A DNA stretch of 64,000 nucleotides. It comes from Candidatus Pacearchaeota archaeon (GTDB lineage Archaea > Nanobdellota > Nanobdellia > Pacearchaeales > GW2011-AR1). Both the position numbers and the translations under genes were made by a program. Positions within the stretch are counted from its first letter, which is position 1; every line of letters begins with the position of its first letter. Positions 45,659 through 56,185 of the stretch are shown here, piece after piece. Below the pieces are notes generated by a model. That model was not told where the DNA came from and made no database searches. It saw only the letters and a program-made list of their open reading frames with translations. The stretch covers positions 7,752 through 71,751 of the forward strand of contig JAGVXK010000021.1 in NCBI GenBank assembly GCA_018303825.1. Direction: 5' to 3'.

Positions 45659-46018
45659 TTAACTTTTACTTTGATCAACATTTCTTGAATACAAAGTTGA
45701 ATCAAACAATATCATAGAACCTATTCCACTGTCCTTTGTCACATCAAATATCCTGTTGCTAACTTCGTAATGTTGTTTTACTTCCTCCTGGAGAAGTTCA
45801 ATCAAACTTCTCTTTACTCTATTGTAAGTTCCATAATAGTCAAAATCGTAGGGCTTTGGTAAGCCTTCAAGCTTCATTGCATAATGATGTGCGCATAATT
45901 TTAAATCTCTAAGAAAAAAGGCGACAGTTTTTCTAAATTCTTTGTCTGTTGCATACTTATGTCCAAAAACCGCTCTACGGGACATCATATCATTAACAAT
46001 TTCCTTAAAGCTTTCCAT
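45659..46018 (-). CDS. Hypothetical protein (119 aa)
   Basis: ORF only. No family recognised. Confidence 0.5.
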   Translation of the reverse strand: MESFKEIVNDMMSRRAVFGHKYATDKEFRKTVAFFLRDLKLCAHHYAMKLEGLPKPYDFDYYGTYNRVKRSLIELLQEEVKQHYEVSNRIFDVTKDSGIGSMILFDSTLYSRNVDQSKS

Positions 46019-46028
46019 TTTTCTGCTC

Positions 46029-47225
46029 CTATTTAGTCATAATCTCAAAGCCATCCATATGGTTTAATTTATAATCTTTCCCAACCGCCTTTTTAGTTCT
46101 TACATCTACTGCTTTCACAAAATTCTTCCCAATATCAGAATGTAATCTATAGGCAAAGTCAAGGGCAGTGCTGCCTTTCTTCATTAAATAACAATCTGGA
46201 AGAATATTTCCTTTTGAATCAGCCAATTTATCTCCCGCTGGAAATATAGCGATGTATCCTAGAACTTCAAGGACTGTTTTATTCAAAACTTGCTGCACCC
46301 CAGTAGTCCCAAACTCGTTCACGACTTCTTTTATCCTATCAAGAGCCTGCTTTTGCTTTCCGGAAAGCTCTTTTTTCTCAATAAATAAGCTTTCTCCTGC
46401 AACATATTCAATTAATCCTGCCTTGTCTGCCTCCCTTAATGCTAATTCCCCGTCAGCAAAGCAAGGAACCATAGGATAATCAAACTCTTTTTTTACTTTT
46501 TCATAATTTGCAGGTCCATTTGGAGTATCAACTTTATTTGCGGCAATTACCATTGGTTTTGTATATCTTCTTAATTCTCTTGCGAAATTAAATACTTGTT
46601 CATCAGTCCAGGAAGCAGGCTTTTCATAATTTAATTGCATTTTTAGCATTAAATGCTTAACATCATCTACAGTTACTTTCAATCCAGAAAACTGCTTTGC
46701 AACAGATTCAGCAAAATTAGAGTGCTGCATTTCTAATGTTCTTGCAAAAGTCTTCCAAACTTTTCTTAAAATCCCACTATACCATAAATCCAATTCCTTT
46801 TCAATTATTCTTATGTCATTTCCAGGATAATAGTCTTTTGTTGGCTTTCCTACCCCGTCAAATTCTCCTGACATGTCAACAATATGAATAAATGCATCTG
46901 CGGCGCTTAAATCAGCAAGGAATTCATTACCCAATCCTTTTCCCTCTGAAGCACCTTCAACAAGTCCAGCAACGTCCATTAAATCAAAGGGGACAAATCT
47001 CCATATTTTATCCCCTGCTTTTCTAACATAGCCCTCTCTCGGATTGCTTATCTTCCCAAATTCAGCCGCAAGGTCAGGAATTTTGATATATCCCATCCCA
47101 TGATTAGGTTTTATTGTCGCGAAGGGATAGCTCGCAATAAGAACATCCATGAGCGTTGCTGCCTTAAAGAAAGTTGATTTGCCTGCGTTGGGCCTTCCTA
47201 GAACACCAATTAACATATATCGCAA
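46029..47225 (-). CDS. Obg/YchF-family GTPase with C-terminal TGS-like domain
   Basis: G1 GVLGRPNAGKSTFF, G3 DVAGLV, G4 ANKVD. 398 aa, typical of the archaeal YchF/Ygr210-like group. Confidence 0.85.
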   Translation of the reverse strand: MRYMLIGVLGRPNAGKSTFFKAATLMDVLIASYPFATIKPNHGMGYIKIPDLAAEFGKISNPREGYVRKAGDKIWRFVPFDLMDVAGLVEGASEGKGLGNEFLADLSAADAFIHIVDMSGEFDGVGKPTKDYYPGNDIRIIEKELDLWYSGILRKVWKTFARTLEMQHSNFAESVAKQFSGLKVTVDDVKHLMLKMQLNYEKPASWTDEQVFNFARELRRYTKPMVIAANKVDTPNGPANYEKVKKEFDYPMVPCFADGELALREADKAGLIEYVAGESLFIEKKELSGKQKQALDRIKEVVNEFGTTGVQQVLNKTVLEVLGYIAIFPAGDKLADSKGNILPDCYLMKKGSTALDFAYRLHSDIGKNFVKAVDVRTKKAVGKDYKLNHMDGFEIMTK

Positions 47226-47246
47226 AGAAAATAGGAGTTTAATAAA

Positions 47247-47816
47247 TTATTTGTTTTCAAGTTTTTCACCAATATTCTTATATATCTCTTCTATCTGCTT
47301 CACTGACCCTGCTAAATCTCCCTCATTAACAATTACAAAATGAGCCATTTCAATAAGCTTCCCAGTTTGTTGACCCATAGGGTCATTTACATCAAAATTA
47401 TCCCTCTCATCCATTTTTAGAAAATCTTCCCATGTTTTTGGGTCAGATGATTTGTTTCTTCTCAAAATCCTCTCAAATCTAGCTTTTTGTGGAGCATCAA
47501 CTCCAATCAAAACAAAATCCTTTACCGCCTCTTTGAGAAAGACGGCTTCCCCTGTATTCCTTAAACTATCTATGATATAGTTTTTTCCAGGCTCCATCTT
47601 ATTCAAAAACATCTTCATCAAAACACCAACCCCTTGCTCCTTCCTCAACCTATCAGCCAAATCCTGCTGATTCTTTCTAGTTATTTCCATTCCTTTTTTT
47701 TGTAGCTCTTCATTTATTAATTTAAAAGTTTCAAAATAGATAAACCCCTTATCCCTCAAAAATTGGGTAAGCGTCTCTTTCCCAGCGCCAACTCTTCCAC
47801 ACATACCAATAATCAT
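47247..47816 (-). CDS. P-loop nucleotide/nucleoside kinase-like protein (dephospho-CoA kinase / dNMP kinase-like)
   Basis: Walker A MIIGMCGRVGAGKET in a ~190-aa kinase-sized protein. Confidence 0.55.
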   Translation of the reverse strand: MIIGMCGRVGAGKETLTQFLRDKGFIYFETFKLINEELQKKGMEITRKNQQDLADRLRKEQGVGVLMKMFLNKMEPGKNYIIDSLRNTGEAVFLKEAVKDFVLIGVDAPQKARFERILRRNKSSDPKTWEDFLKMDERDNFDVNDPMGQQTGKLIEMAHFVIVNEGDLAGSVKQIEEIYKNIGEKLENK

Positions 47817-47850
47817 AAAACTAAATTAGAAACTTGCTATAAATACCTAA

Positions 47851-47869
47851 GCTATCATTTTATGATAGC
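47851..47869. promoter_or_regulatory. Palindrome gctatcat-ttt-atgatagc in a divergent promoter region
   Basis: 8-bp perfect arms between the kinase-like gene (-) and the MTHFR-like gene (+). Confidence 0.3.
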
Positions 47870-47921
47870 AAATTTATCTATCTTTAACAAGATTTATTAA
47901 AAAACAAATCCCGCTAAAAAG

Positions 47922-48743
47922 ATGAATTTACAAGAGTTAGTAAAAATTTCCCGAATAGAAATTCTTCCCTTTAAGTCTGTTATCCAAAAGTTAAACATCA
48001 TTCCGGAAAGAACCAGCATTCAAATAGCAACCCACAATTTATCAAAAACCCTTGATTTTTTGTCAATGGTTCACGGAAGATTCAACCTCAACTTTATTCC
48101 TCATCTTCCAGCGAGATTATTTAACAATGAATACCAATTATTGCAAACATTAGACTCATTAGCGGAAATGCAGGTTAGAGATATATTTGTCATAGGCGGA
48201 GATGAAAAATCTCCAAAAGGTCCATATTCAAATTCATTTAATATATTTGAAAGAATGCACAAACTTGGATACACCTCCTTGTTTAAAGAAATAGGAACAG
48301 GAATTTATCCAAGCGGACACCCATTTCTTTCAGATAAAGTAACATTTGAGGCATTAAAATTAAAACATCAGTTTGTAACATATCTAGAATGCAACCTTGA
48401 CTTCAATCCAAGGAATATCTCTAATTATATCTCAAAAATAAGAAAAGAAGGAATTGACAAGCCAGTTATTGTTTCTGCTCTAGGAGCAGTTGACAAGAAA
48501 AATCTTTTTCCATTATTAAAAGAATTCAGCCCAAGAAAGACAATTCGTTATCTGGCTCTCCACCCCCTCCTTTTACTGAACCTTACAAGAGGAAGATATA
48601 CTCCAGATAAATTCTTAGAATCCCTGGATGATAACCTTGCTAAGGACAATAACGTTGAACAAATCAGAGGACTTATCTTCTCAACCTTCAACAGCTTAGA
48701 AAGCCATTACAAGTGGATGCACAAATATTTAAATACAAACTGA
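47922..48743 (+). CDS. Methylenetetrahydrofolate reductase-like protein
   Basis: ..RDIFVIGGDEKSPKG.. and ..IGTGIYPSGHPF.. resemble the MTHFR blocks (lalrGD, yPe.HP). Confidence 0.5.
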   Translation: MNLQELVKISRIEILPFKSVIQKLNIIPERTSIQIATHNLSKTLDFLSMVHGRFNLNFIPHLPARLFNNEYQLLQTLDSLAEMQVRDIFVIGGDEKSPKGPYSNSFNIFERMHKLGYTSLFKEIGTGIYPSGHPFLSDKVTFEALKLKHQFVTYLECNLDFNPRNISNYISKIRKEGIDKPVIVSALGAVDKKNLFPLLKEFSPRKTIRYLALHPLLLLNLTRGRYTPDKFLESLDDNLAKDNNVEQIRGLIFSTFNSLESHYKWMHKYLNTN

Positions 48744-48756
48744 ACTCATAAGAAAG

Positions 48757-48933
48757 ATGATAAAAAATAATTATGAGATTTTAGAAAAAGAATATGTTGT
48801 TCCTATCCTAACTCTAGGCACTGGCGATGAAACAGGACATTTTAGAATAATTAAGCCAGAGGATGATCTTGAAGGGGAAGCAAGAGAAGCCTTTTTGCAT
48901 CTTCAAAGAATGTTTCCTCCAAGAGATAAGTAA
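48757..48933 (+). CDS. Small hypothetical protein (58 aa)
   Basis: MIKNNYEILEKEYVVPILTLGTGDETGHFRIIKPEDDLEGEAREAFLHLQRMFPPRDK. More protein-like than the overlapping minus ORF 48814..49011. Confidence 0.35.
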   Translation: MIKNNYEILEKEYVVPILTLGTGDETGHFRIIKPEDDLEGEAREAFLHLQRMFPPRDK

Positions 48934-48959
48934 ACTAATTTCATCTTTAAAAACATAAA

Positions 48960-48974
48960 ACATGATCCCGCTGG
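48960..48974. repeat. Distal direct repeat acatgatcccgctgg (candidate att site)
   Basis: Exact 15-nt copy of 57589-57603, which covers the last 12 nt of tRNA-Ile plus 3 flanking nt. Confidence 0.5.
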
Positions 48975-49114
48975 TCAGCCATACATTCTGTCTACTTCGA
49001 GTATCAGTCAATTTGATATTTTTTCACTTGTATATTACTTTAGCATCGCTAGTATTTATATTTTTTGGATATAATTGATACTAGGTCCACACCGACAGCC
49101 ATCAAAATTGTTTA

Positions 49115-51779
49115 TCAGAAATGTTCCAGTTTGAAAAAATTCTTCTTTTCGTTTAATTTTTTTAAGATATTAAATATAATAACTATAATAATTGCAGAGA
49201 CTATTCCAAACAGCCAGCCAGCCACTCCTATTGGAACGGTTCCAAACGCTTTGTTTAAAGGAGTATAAATGATAGCTATTGTTGCTAGGATAGAGACTAT
49301 TGAGGCATAAAGTAAGTATTTATTTACTTTTAATGATTCAAATGACACTTTGTGCCTAAAAGACATAAAGCTATACGCATTAGCTATTTCTAAACAAATC
49401 AATGATAGTAAGGCTGTTGTTCTTGCAAACTCAGTAGTTTGATGAAGGACATTAAAACTTACAAAGAAAACAACTAAGGTCAGTATCGCCATAGATATTC
49501 CTGCAATTCCTAGCCAAATTATAAGTGATTTGTTCAATATTTCTTTTTTCTTTCTTGGTTTTTCTTCCATAATATCTAAAGAAGAAGGAGTTAGTGCAAG
49601 GGTTATCGCAGGGAGGTCATCTGTAACAAGATTCATGAATAATATTTGAAGTGCGAGAAGTAATGGAATCTGCCAACCAAGGAATGGGGCAAGCAACACT
49701 CCAAAAAACAATATCATAAGCTCGGCGTAATTGCATGATAATTGATAACTAATAAATTTTCTAATGTTCTTGAATATAGTTCTTCCTTCTCTTATTGCCA
49801 TGACTATAGTTGCAAAATTATCATCTTTTAATGTTAAATCTGCGACTTCTCTTGAGACATCTGTTCCGTTTTTACCCATTGCCACTCCAATGTGGGCTTC
49901 TTTAAGAGCTGGAGCGTCATTAACCCCATCTCCAGTCATTGTAACAATTTCCCCATTTAATTTTAATGCTTTAACAATCATTAATTTATGTTCGGGTCTT
50001 ACTCTTGCAAAAACAACTATCTCATTAACTATCTTTGAAAGTTCAATTTCAGTCATTTTATCCAAATCTTTTCCTTCTATTACTCTACCACGTAATCCTA
50101 TCTTTTTAGAGATGGCCAAAGCGGTTTCCTTATTATCTCCAGTAATCATCTTTACACTTATTCCAGCACGTATGCATAAAGATATAGACTCCTTGACTTC
50201 CTCTCTTGGAGGATCTTCCATTCCAACTAGACCTAAAAAGATTAGGTCCTCTTCAAAATGGTCTTTGTTAAATGAGCTTACTTTTTTATATGCAATTGCC
50301 AGTGTTCTTAATGAGTCAGAAGCAAGGTCATTACTTATATTGAGAATATTTTCTCTTCCTTTTCCAGTCAATGTAAACTCTCCTCCTTCTTTTTGTATCT
50401 TTTTACACTTTGTTAATAATATCTCTGGAGCTCCCTTAGAAAACACATATTTTTCTTTGTTAAGCTCGCATAAAACAGACATCATCTTCCTTTTAGAGTC
50501 AAAAGGCATTTCTTCTATTATTTTAAAGTTTAAATCCTCTCTGTGTATATTTGCTTTTGCAGCCATTATTAATAAGGATGCTTCTGTAGGAGTTCCGTTT
50601 ATGTTGTAAAGATTATCTTCTCCAGTCCTTTCTATCCTTGCATCATTGCAAATAATTGAGCTTTTTATTAAAAGAGATAAAACATTATCTTTTTGAACAT
50701 TTATCTGCTTATTACCTATTAAGAAATCTCCTTTTCCTTCAAAACCTGTCCCAGTTATATTTATTAAATGATTGTCTGCGAAAACTTTGCTTACAGTCAT
50801 CTCTCCCTTAGTTATTGTTCCCGTTTTATCCGAACATATAACTGTTGTTTCTCCAAGAGTCTCAATTATTGACATTCTATTCACAATTGCATTTTTCTGA
50901 GCCATGCTATATACTCCTTTAGCAAGGGCAGTAATCAAGACTACTGGAAATCCTTCTGGGAAAGCAGAAACGGCTAGTGCAATCATCAATATTAAAGCAT
51001 CAATAAAGAGATTTTCAGACGGAGGGCTTATGAAAATCATAAATAATCCTGTAAGTACGGAAAAGACAATAGCTACGATAGCCATATATTTGGAAATTTT
51101 ATTAACTTTGTTTTGAAGTGGAAGTTCTTTTTCAGCAGTTGAAATCATACTTGCAATGCTTCCAAATTTTGTATTCATTTTTTCCATTTACTACAAATGT
51201 CCCCATGAAAAGAGTATTTTTTTCAGAATAGTCTTTTTCACTCTTCGTAGCTATTTTTTCTACTTCCTTTGATTCCCCCGTAAGTATAGACTCATTAACT
51301 AAAAGTTCTTTTTCTTCAATAACTATGCAATCAGCAGGAACTTTTTCACCGTTTCTTAATAAAATAATATCTCCGGGAACTATATTCTTGGAAAGAATTT
51401 CTTTTTCTTTTCCATCTCTTATCACAATCGAAATAGGCACAAGCATATTCTTTAGAGACTTAATTGCTTTTTCGGCTTTGTATTCTTGGATAAATCCTGT
51501 AAAAATAAGAACAAGAATAACTGCTAATATGACGTAAGCAGTTATTGATTTCCCAACAATAAAAGATAATGCTGCCGCAATAATAAGCAGATAAATGATA
51601 TAATTCTTCTTTATTTGTCTAAACAGTATTTTTATTGGAGATATTACTAAGTTTTCCCTGATCTCGTTCAACCCATATTGTTCAAGTCTTTTCTCTGCTT
51701 CTTTTTCAGTTAATCCTCTTTTTTCCATTTCAGCTTTAACACAGAGAAGCTTTATATAATTAATCAAAAGATATCGCAA
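49115..51779 (-). pseudogene. P-type (Ca2+/cation, type II-like) ATPase broken into two ORFs (215 aa + 690 aa)
   Basis: The N-terminal ORF 51132..51779 ends ..TGESKEVEK..LFMGTFVVNGK, then runs out of frame. The second ORF 49115..51187 starts MEKMNTKFGSIA.. and carries CSDKTGTITKGEM, TGDN and GDGVNDAPAL. The junction is at an A6 run (51178-51183). Confidence 0.7.
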
Positions 51780-51853
51780 GAATATGTGATAGGTTGGGTA
51801 TAAGATTGTTTGACCAACTAAAAATTTAAATAACCTAAGAACTCAGATAAGTT

Positions 51854-52972
51854 ATGCCTTTCAAAAGAATAATAGAGAGGCTAAAAGATGCTTTAGTTGA
51901 TGTAGAAAATTTATTTTTGAAAAAAGAAAGTAAAGTGTCCTTAGTCATTCCAGCGTTTAATGAAGAGAAAACTGTAGCGCGAGTTATTGGTGAAGCAAGA
52001 AAAGTCAAGGGACTTTCCGAAATAATCTTAGTTGATGATGGTTCAGTAGATAAAACGCCCGAAATAGCCGAGAAATTAGAAGTTAATGTAATCAGGCACC
52101 ACTCAAATCTCGGAAAGGGAGAAGCATTAAGAACGGGAATATCTGCCGCTAAAGGAGATATAATCGTCTTTATAGATGCAGATTGGAAGAATGTAACTCC
52201 TGAAAAAATTAAATCTCTCTTCTTACCAATATTAAAAAATAAAGCAGATTTCACAAAAGCATCTTTCTCATTAAAAAGAGGGAGGGTCACTGAGGTGGCT
52301 ATAAAACCAATAATGAAAATTTTATATCCCTCATCTAAATTTAAACAACCCATTAGTGGGCAGTTTGCTGGGAAAAAGGATTTTTTAGAAAAGCTGAAGA
52401 TAGAGCCTAGGTGGGGCATTGATATCTCTATCCTATTGGATGCCATAGAACATGGGCAAAGAATTTCCGAGGTAGATGTTGGGGAAGTTGTTCATAAGGG
52501 CAGGACAATGGAGGAAAAGGCGGAAATGTCTGAGCAAGTATTGGAAACCATACTGAAAAAATCAGGACTTTTATGCTCAAAGCATAAATTAATAATTTTC
52601 TCAGATAAAACCCTATTTCAGTATGATAGACTTTCCGAGACTTCTTTAAAGATGATAGATATACTGAGGAGAAAAAGATTAAGATTATTTTTATTTACAA
52701 CTAAAGATGTAAGGCCTGAATATAGGAGCAAATTTGATAAAATTATAAAAATAGATTTGAATCCAGAACATATCGCACTTGATGCAAAACAACAAGCAAA
52801 AAAGACGAATGTGAGATTAAGTGAGGTTATACTTGTAGCTAACATGCAGGGATTTGAGGATTTGGCCCGCTCGGTTGACAAATCTTTTTGTTTCGAAAAA
52901 TCACCACAAAAATTGAAAAATGAGAGTAAGATAATTAAAACCCTACCAGAGCTTTTCATATATCTTGAATAA
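51854..52972 (+). CDS. Glucosyl-3-phosphoglycerate synthase-like glycosyltransferase with extra C-terminal domain
   Basis: VIPAFNEE, LVDDGSVDKT, FIDADW, RGRVTEVAIKPIM, QPISGQFAGKK, WGIDISILLDA and EVDVGEVVHKGR parallel GpgS/MpgS-type (GT81) blocks. The C-terminal ~130 aa have a HAD-like outline, but motif I reads FSDKTL. Confidence 0.65.
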   Translation: MPFKRIIERLKDALVDVENLFLKKESKVSLVIPAFNEEKTVARVIGEARKVKGLSEIILVDDGSVDKTPEIAEKLEVNVIRHHSNLGKGEALRTGISAAKGDIIVFIDADWKNVTPEKIKSLFLPILKNKADFTKASFSLKRGRVTEVAIKPIMKILYPSSKFKQPISGQFAGKKDFLEKLKIEPRWGIDISILLDAIEHGQRISEVDVGEVVHKGRTMEEKAEMSEQVLETILKKSGLLCSKHKLIIFSDKTLFQYDRLSETSLKMIDILRRKRLRLFLFTTKDVRPEYRSKFDKIIKIDLNPEHIALDAKQQAKKTNVRLSEVILVANMQGFEDLARSVDKSFCFEKSPQKLKNESKIIKTLPELFIYLE

Positions 52973-52974
52973 AA

Positions 52975-54642
52975 ATGAATATACTAATTATAACTTGGTT
53001 ATTTCCTCCGAGTAATGGGGGAGTAGAATCCTATACATATAATTTAGCAAAGAATCTGTCAAAAGAGCACAAGATTACCATACTGACATGCCTGGGACAT
53101 TATCCTACAGAGAAAAAAGAGAAGTTTAAGATATATAGGATGAAAGAGATGTATCCTTACGGAAGAAAAAAAGAAGATTATGGAAAGATATATAAAAAAG
53201 TTTTAGAGATATTGAAAAAAGAAGATATAGACCTTGTGCACAGTCATAATTTAGTTTGCTTGGAGACAAGCTTCACAAAGGCAATAGTAAATGCTGTAAA
53301 AAGCAAAGATTTACCTTTAGTAGACCATTGCCATGATGCGAGGTTTAAATATTTAAACAAAGAATTAAAATATGAAAAATTCGATAGAATAATCGCAGTA
53401 AGTAAATTTGTAAAAAAGAGACTAATTAACCTCGGTTTTAATAAAAATATTCTCGAGGTAATATATAATTCTTCAGATTCTAAAGTTTTTAATTCAGGAA
53501 AATATAGTTCTTTGCAGGCAAAAAAGTTCTTTAGAATACCATTAAATAAGAAAGTAATCATATTCCCCTCGAGGGCTATCAGGACTACTACAGGAGAATT
53601 TGGAGAGCAGAAAAACTTCATTACGCTCTTGAATTCCACAAAATTAATTAAGAAAGATTTTGGTGATGACTTTGTTGTTATTTTCCCTGTCAAAGTGGGA
53701 ATGAAAAGAAAGAATGATGCTATCAAAAAAACACTTTATTCGTTAAGAGAAAAGTTAAAGAAAGACGGGTTGATTGAGAACGTGATTCCTATAACTAAAA
53801 AAGTAGGATACGAAAATATGCCTTTGCTTTACAAAACGGCAAACATAATGTGCACCCCCTCGACAGAAGAAGCTTTTGGCTTAGTATTTTTAGAGGCCTC
53901 ACTTATGCAACTGCCAGTTATAGGTGCAAAAAGTGGTGCAACAAAGGAAATAGTCATCAACGGAAAAACTGGTTTTTTGGTTCCTCCAAAAAATAAGAAG
54001 AGGCTGGCAAAGATAATCGTTAGATTGCTCAAAAGCAAAGAGTTTAGGGACAAAATAGGAAAAGCAGGAAGAAAATATGTAAAAGATAAATTCGATTCTA
54101 ATAAAATGTTAACTGAGGTAGAAAGAACATATAAAAAAGTTTTGGAGAACAGAAAAGTTATTTATTTAGTAAGACATCCAGAAACAAAAAATAACAGGGA
54201 AAACAGGCTAACTGGCTGGGAACATTCCCAATATACCTCCGAAGGAAATAAGCAATTTGCCAAAATAAGTAATTATTTTAAAGATTATCAAGGACAAATT
54301 TTTTCTAGTGATTTAAAAAGAACTAGCAAACTCGCAGTTTCAATTGCAAAGAAAAATGGCATAAAACCGATTATTACACCTTTGCTTCGTGAGAGAAATT
54401 TCAAAGAAACTTTGCCGCATCATACTTATGAGACCGAGTCCTCTGTTGCCAAAAGAACTAAGAAATTTTATGATAAATATCATCCACGCAAGGCAATTAT
54501 ATTCACTCACGGCGCTATCCTGAGGCACATAGCGAGACATTATCTAATTACTAATAGAAATGAATTTGAAGAGCCAAGAAATGTTATATTCAAGATAGAA
54601 ACAAATAAAAACGCTGCTAAACTAAAAAAGATAAGGTTATAA
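52975..54642 (+). CDS. GT4-family glycosyltransferase fused to a histidine-phosphatase (phosphoglycerate-mutase-like) domain
   Basis: GT4 C-terminal core (PSTEEAFGLVFLEASLMQLPVIGAKSGATKEIVINGKTGFLV), followed by IYLVRHPETKNN..LTGW..SSDLKRT (RHG-type phosphatase motifs). Confidence 0.75.
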   Translation: MNILIITWLFPPSNGGVESYTYNLAKNLSKEHKITILTCLGHYPTEKKEKFKIYRMKEMYPYGRKKEDYGKIYKKVLEILKKEDIDLVHSHNLVCLETSFTKAIVNAVKSKDLPLVDHCHDARFKYLNKELKYEKFDRIIAVSKFVKKRLINLGFNKNILEVIYNSSDSKVFNSGKYSSLQAKKFFRIPLNKKVIIFPSRAIRTTTGEFGEQKNFITLLNSTKLIKKDFGDDFVVIFPVKVGMKRKNDAIKKTLYSLREKLKKDGLIENVIPITKKVGYENMPLLYKTANIMCTPSTEEAFGLVFLEASLMQLPVIGAKSGATKEIVINGKTGFLVPPKNKKRLAKIIVRLLKSKEFRDKIGKAGRKYVKDKFDSNKMLTEVERTYKKVLENRKVIYLVRHPETKNNRENRLTGWEHSQYTSEGNKQFAKISNYFKDYQGQIFSSDLKRTSKLAVSIAKKNGIKPIITPLLRERNFKETLPHHTYETESSVAKRTKKFYDKYHPRKAIIFTHGAILRHIARHYLITNRNEFEEPRNVIFKIETNKNAAKLKKIRL

Positions 54643-54647
54643 AAAAG

Positions 54648-55277
54648 ATGAATCCTATAGCAAGTATTTTAGGAGATACAATATTCAATGATTGGTTAAA
54701 GGTTGCATTCATTATCATAATTGGAGTACTCCTCGCATTTGGGCTAAAATTTTTATTTAACAAACTTGCAAAAAAGATTATATATCCCTGGATCAGAAGA
54801 ACTTCACCAGAGAATTATAAGCAGACGGTTTCGGGCACAATGTTACTTTCTGCAATAATATATTGGTTTGTCTTAATAATTTTTATTTTAATTGCACTCT
54901 CTGTTTTGAACATAGATATTTTAGCACAAATCACTTCAAAGATTATCAACTTTGTACCTAAGATTGCGATAGCATTTGGCGTTATCTTAATTGGACTTTT
55001 AATTACGAGTGTAATCTCTCGAAAAATAAAAGACCAAAATTTTAGGACTAGTCTACTGTTGGCAAGGATATTCGAGATAATATTTATCTCAGCTACAATT
55101 CTTTCTGCACTAGAAGTTATTAATATTAAATTGACCCCGTTTGAAGAATTATTCAGAGTCCTTCTTTATACTATTGGATTAACTGTTGCAATCGCTCTAG
55201 GCATATCCCTTGGTTTCGCCTTGAAACCAGAGATAGTGAGAATGGTAAAAGGCATAAGGCGGAACAGCCATAAATAA
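54648..55277 (+). CDS. Multi-pass membrane protein (209 aa)
   Basis: Four to five hydrophobic helices. No confident family. Confidence 0.55.
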   Translation: MNPIASILGDTIFNDWLKVAFIIIIGVLLAFGLKFLFNKLAKKIIYPWIRRTSPENYKQTVSGTMLLSAIIYWFVLIIFILIALSVLNIDILAQITSKIINFVPKIAIAFGVILIGLLITSVISRKIKDQNFRTSLLLARIFEIIFISATILSALEVINIKLTPFEELFRVLLYTIGLTVAIALGISLGFALKPEIVRMVKGIRRNSHK

Positions 55278-55315
55278 ACAGCTCAAAGAGTCTTGAAAAT
55301 CTTTCCCAGATTTAA

Positions 55316-55501
55316 TTAAACTAATCCCTTTTTGCAATGCTGACAAAACTTTCTCCACTTAGAATTAGATTTACCACAATTTGTGCATACTATCTTTGGT
55401 ATTTTTACCTCGATTTCTTTTTTCATATTTACTTTTTTCATCATTTCTTTATATTTTCTTCTGAACTTCACAATTTTTAAACCTTTACCAAAAACAATCA
55501 C
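55316..55501 (-). CDS. Small zinc-ribbon protein (61 aa)
   Basis: CTNC..(10 aa)..CQHC near the C-terminus. Confidence 0.4.
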   Translation of the reverse strand: MIVFGKGLKIVKFRRKYKEMMKKVNMKKEIEVKIPKIVCTNCGKSNSKWRKFCQHCKKGLV

Positions 55502-55600
55502 TTACTTTTTCCTGAGTTTAATCATTTTTCAAAGCATTATCAAAAATATTAAAAGTATTTTCTAAAGAAACACTCTATATTTACGGAGGGGTAAAAAGAC

Positions 55601-56158
55601 CTAAAACGGGTAATAATAGCTATGATGGACCTTCTTCTTAGGAATGATGATCTGTAACTTTTCAGGCTTATTTCTTACATACCACCTTAATTTTTTTAAT
55701 ACGGTCTTTCTAGTATAGGTCTTACCAAACTTCCTGTATTTCTTTAATAAGTTGCGATTTGTCACAACAAAGAACCAATCTTCTCCGAAATGGTCATTAC
55801 ATATCTTAACTTTGTTCAAAAATTTGACTTTATCCTTCAAAACTTTTCCTATTTCTACTTCAATCCCTATTTTCTTGTTTCTAAATTGAAAAATAACATC
55901 TGGAAGAGTGGTTTTGAATATCCAAACCTTAAAATGCTTTGATAAATATCTAGCAATATCCATTACAAGAAAGAAATGTTGTAATCCTTCATTACGTTCC
56001 GGTTTTAATAGGTAATATCCTCTTCTTCCCGTTATACTTTTCCCATAAAAATACTTATATTCTCTATCTTGTAAATGTTCGAACTGCCAATCACTTTTGA
56101 TATATCTAACATCGTAAAATCCTTCTCTCCTATTTTTGAATAATTTATCTTCTTTCAT
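55601..56158 (-). CDS. PD-(D/E)XK nuclease-like protein (185 aa)
   Basis: ..LPDVIFQFRNKKIGIEVEIGK.. fits a PD..(D/E)xK motif. Located next to the integrase. Confidence 0.45.
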   Translation of the reverse strand: MKEDKLFKNRREGFYDVRYIKSDWQFEHLQDREYKYFYGKSITGRRGYYLLKPERNEGLQHFFLVMDIARYLSKHFKVWIFKTTLPDVIFQFRNKKIGIEVEIGKVLKDKVKFLNKVKICNDHFGEDWFFVVTNRNLLKKYRKFGKTYTRKTVLKKLRWYVRNKPEKLQIIIPKKKVHHSYYYPF

Positions 56159-56185
56159 AAAAAATCCTGAAGGTTTCTAGCTAGG

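Noticed and set aside
48814-49011. 65-aa minus-strand ORF spanning the distal att repeat.
   Set aside because: It has odd composition and overlaps both a more protein-like + strand 58-aa ORF and the candidate att site. It is likely non-coding.
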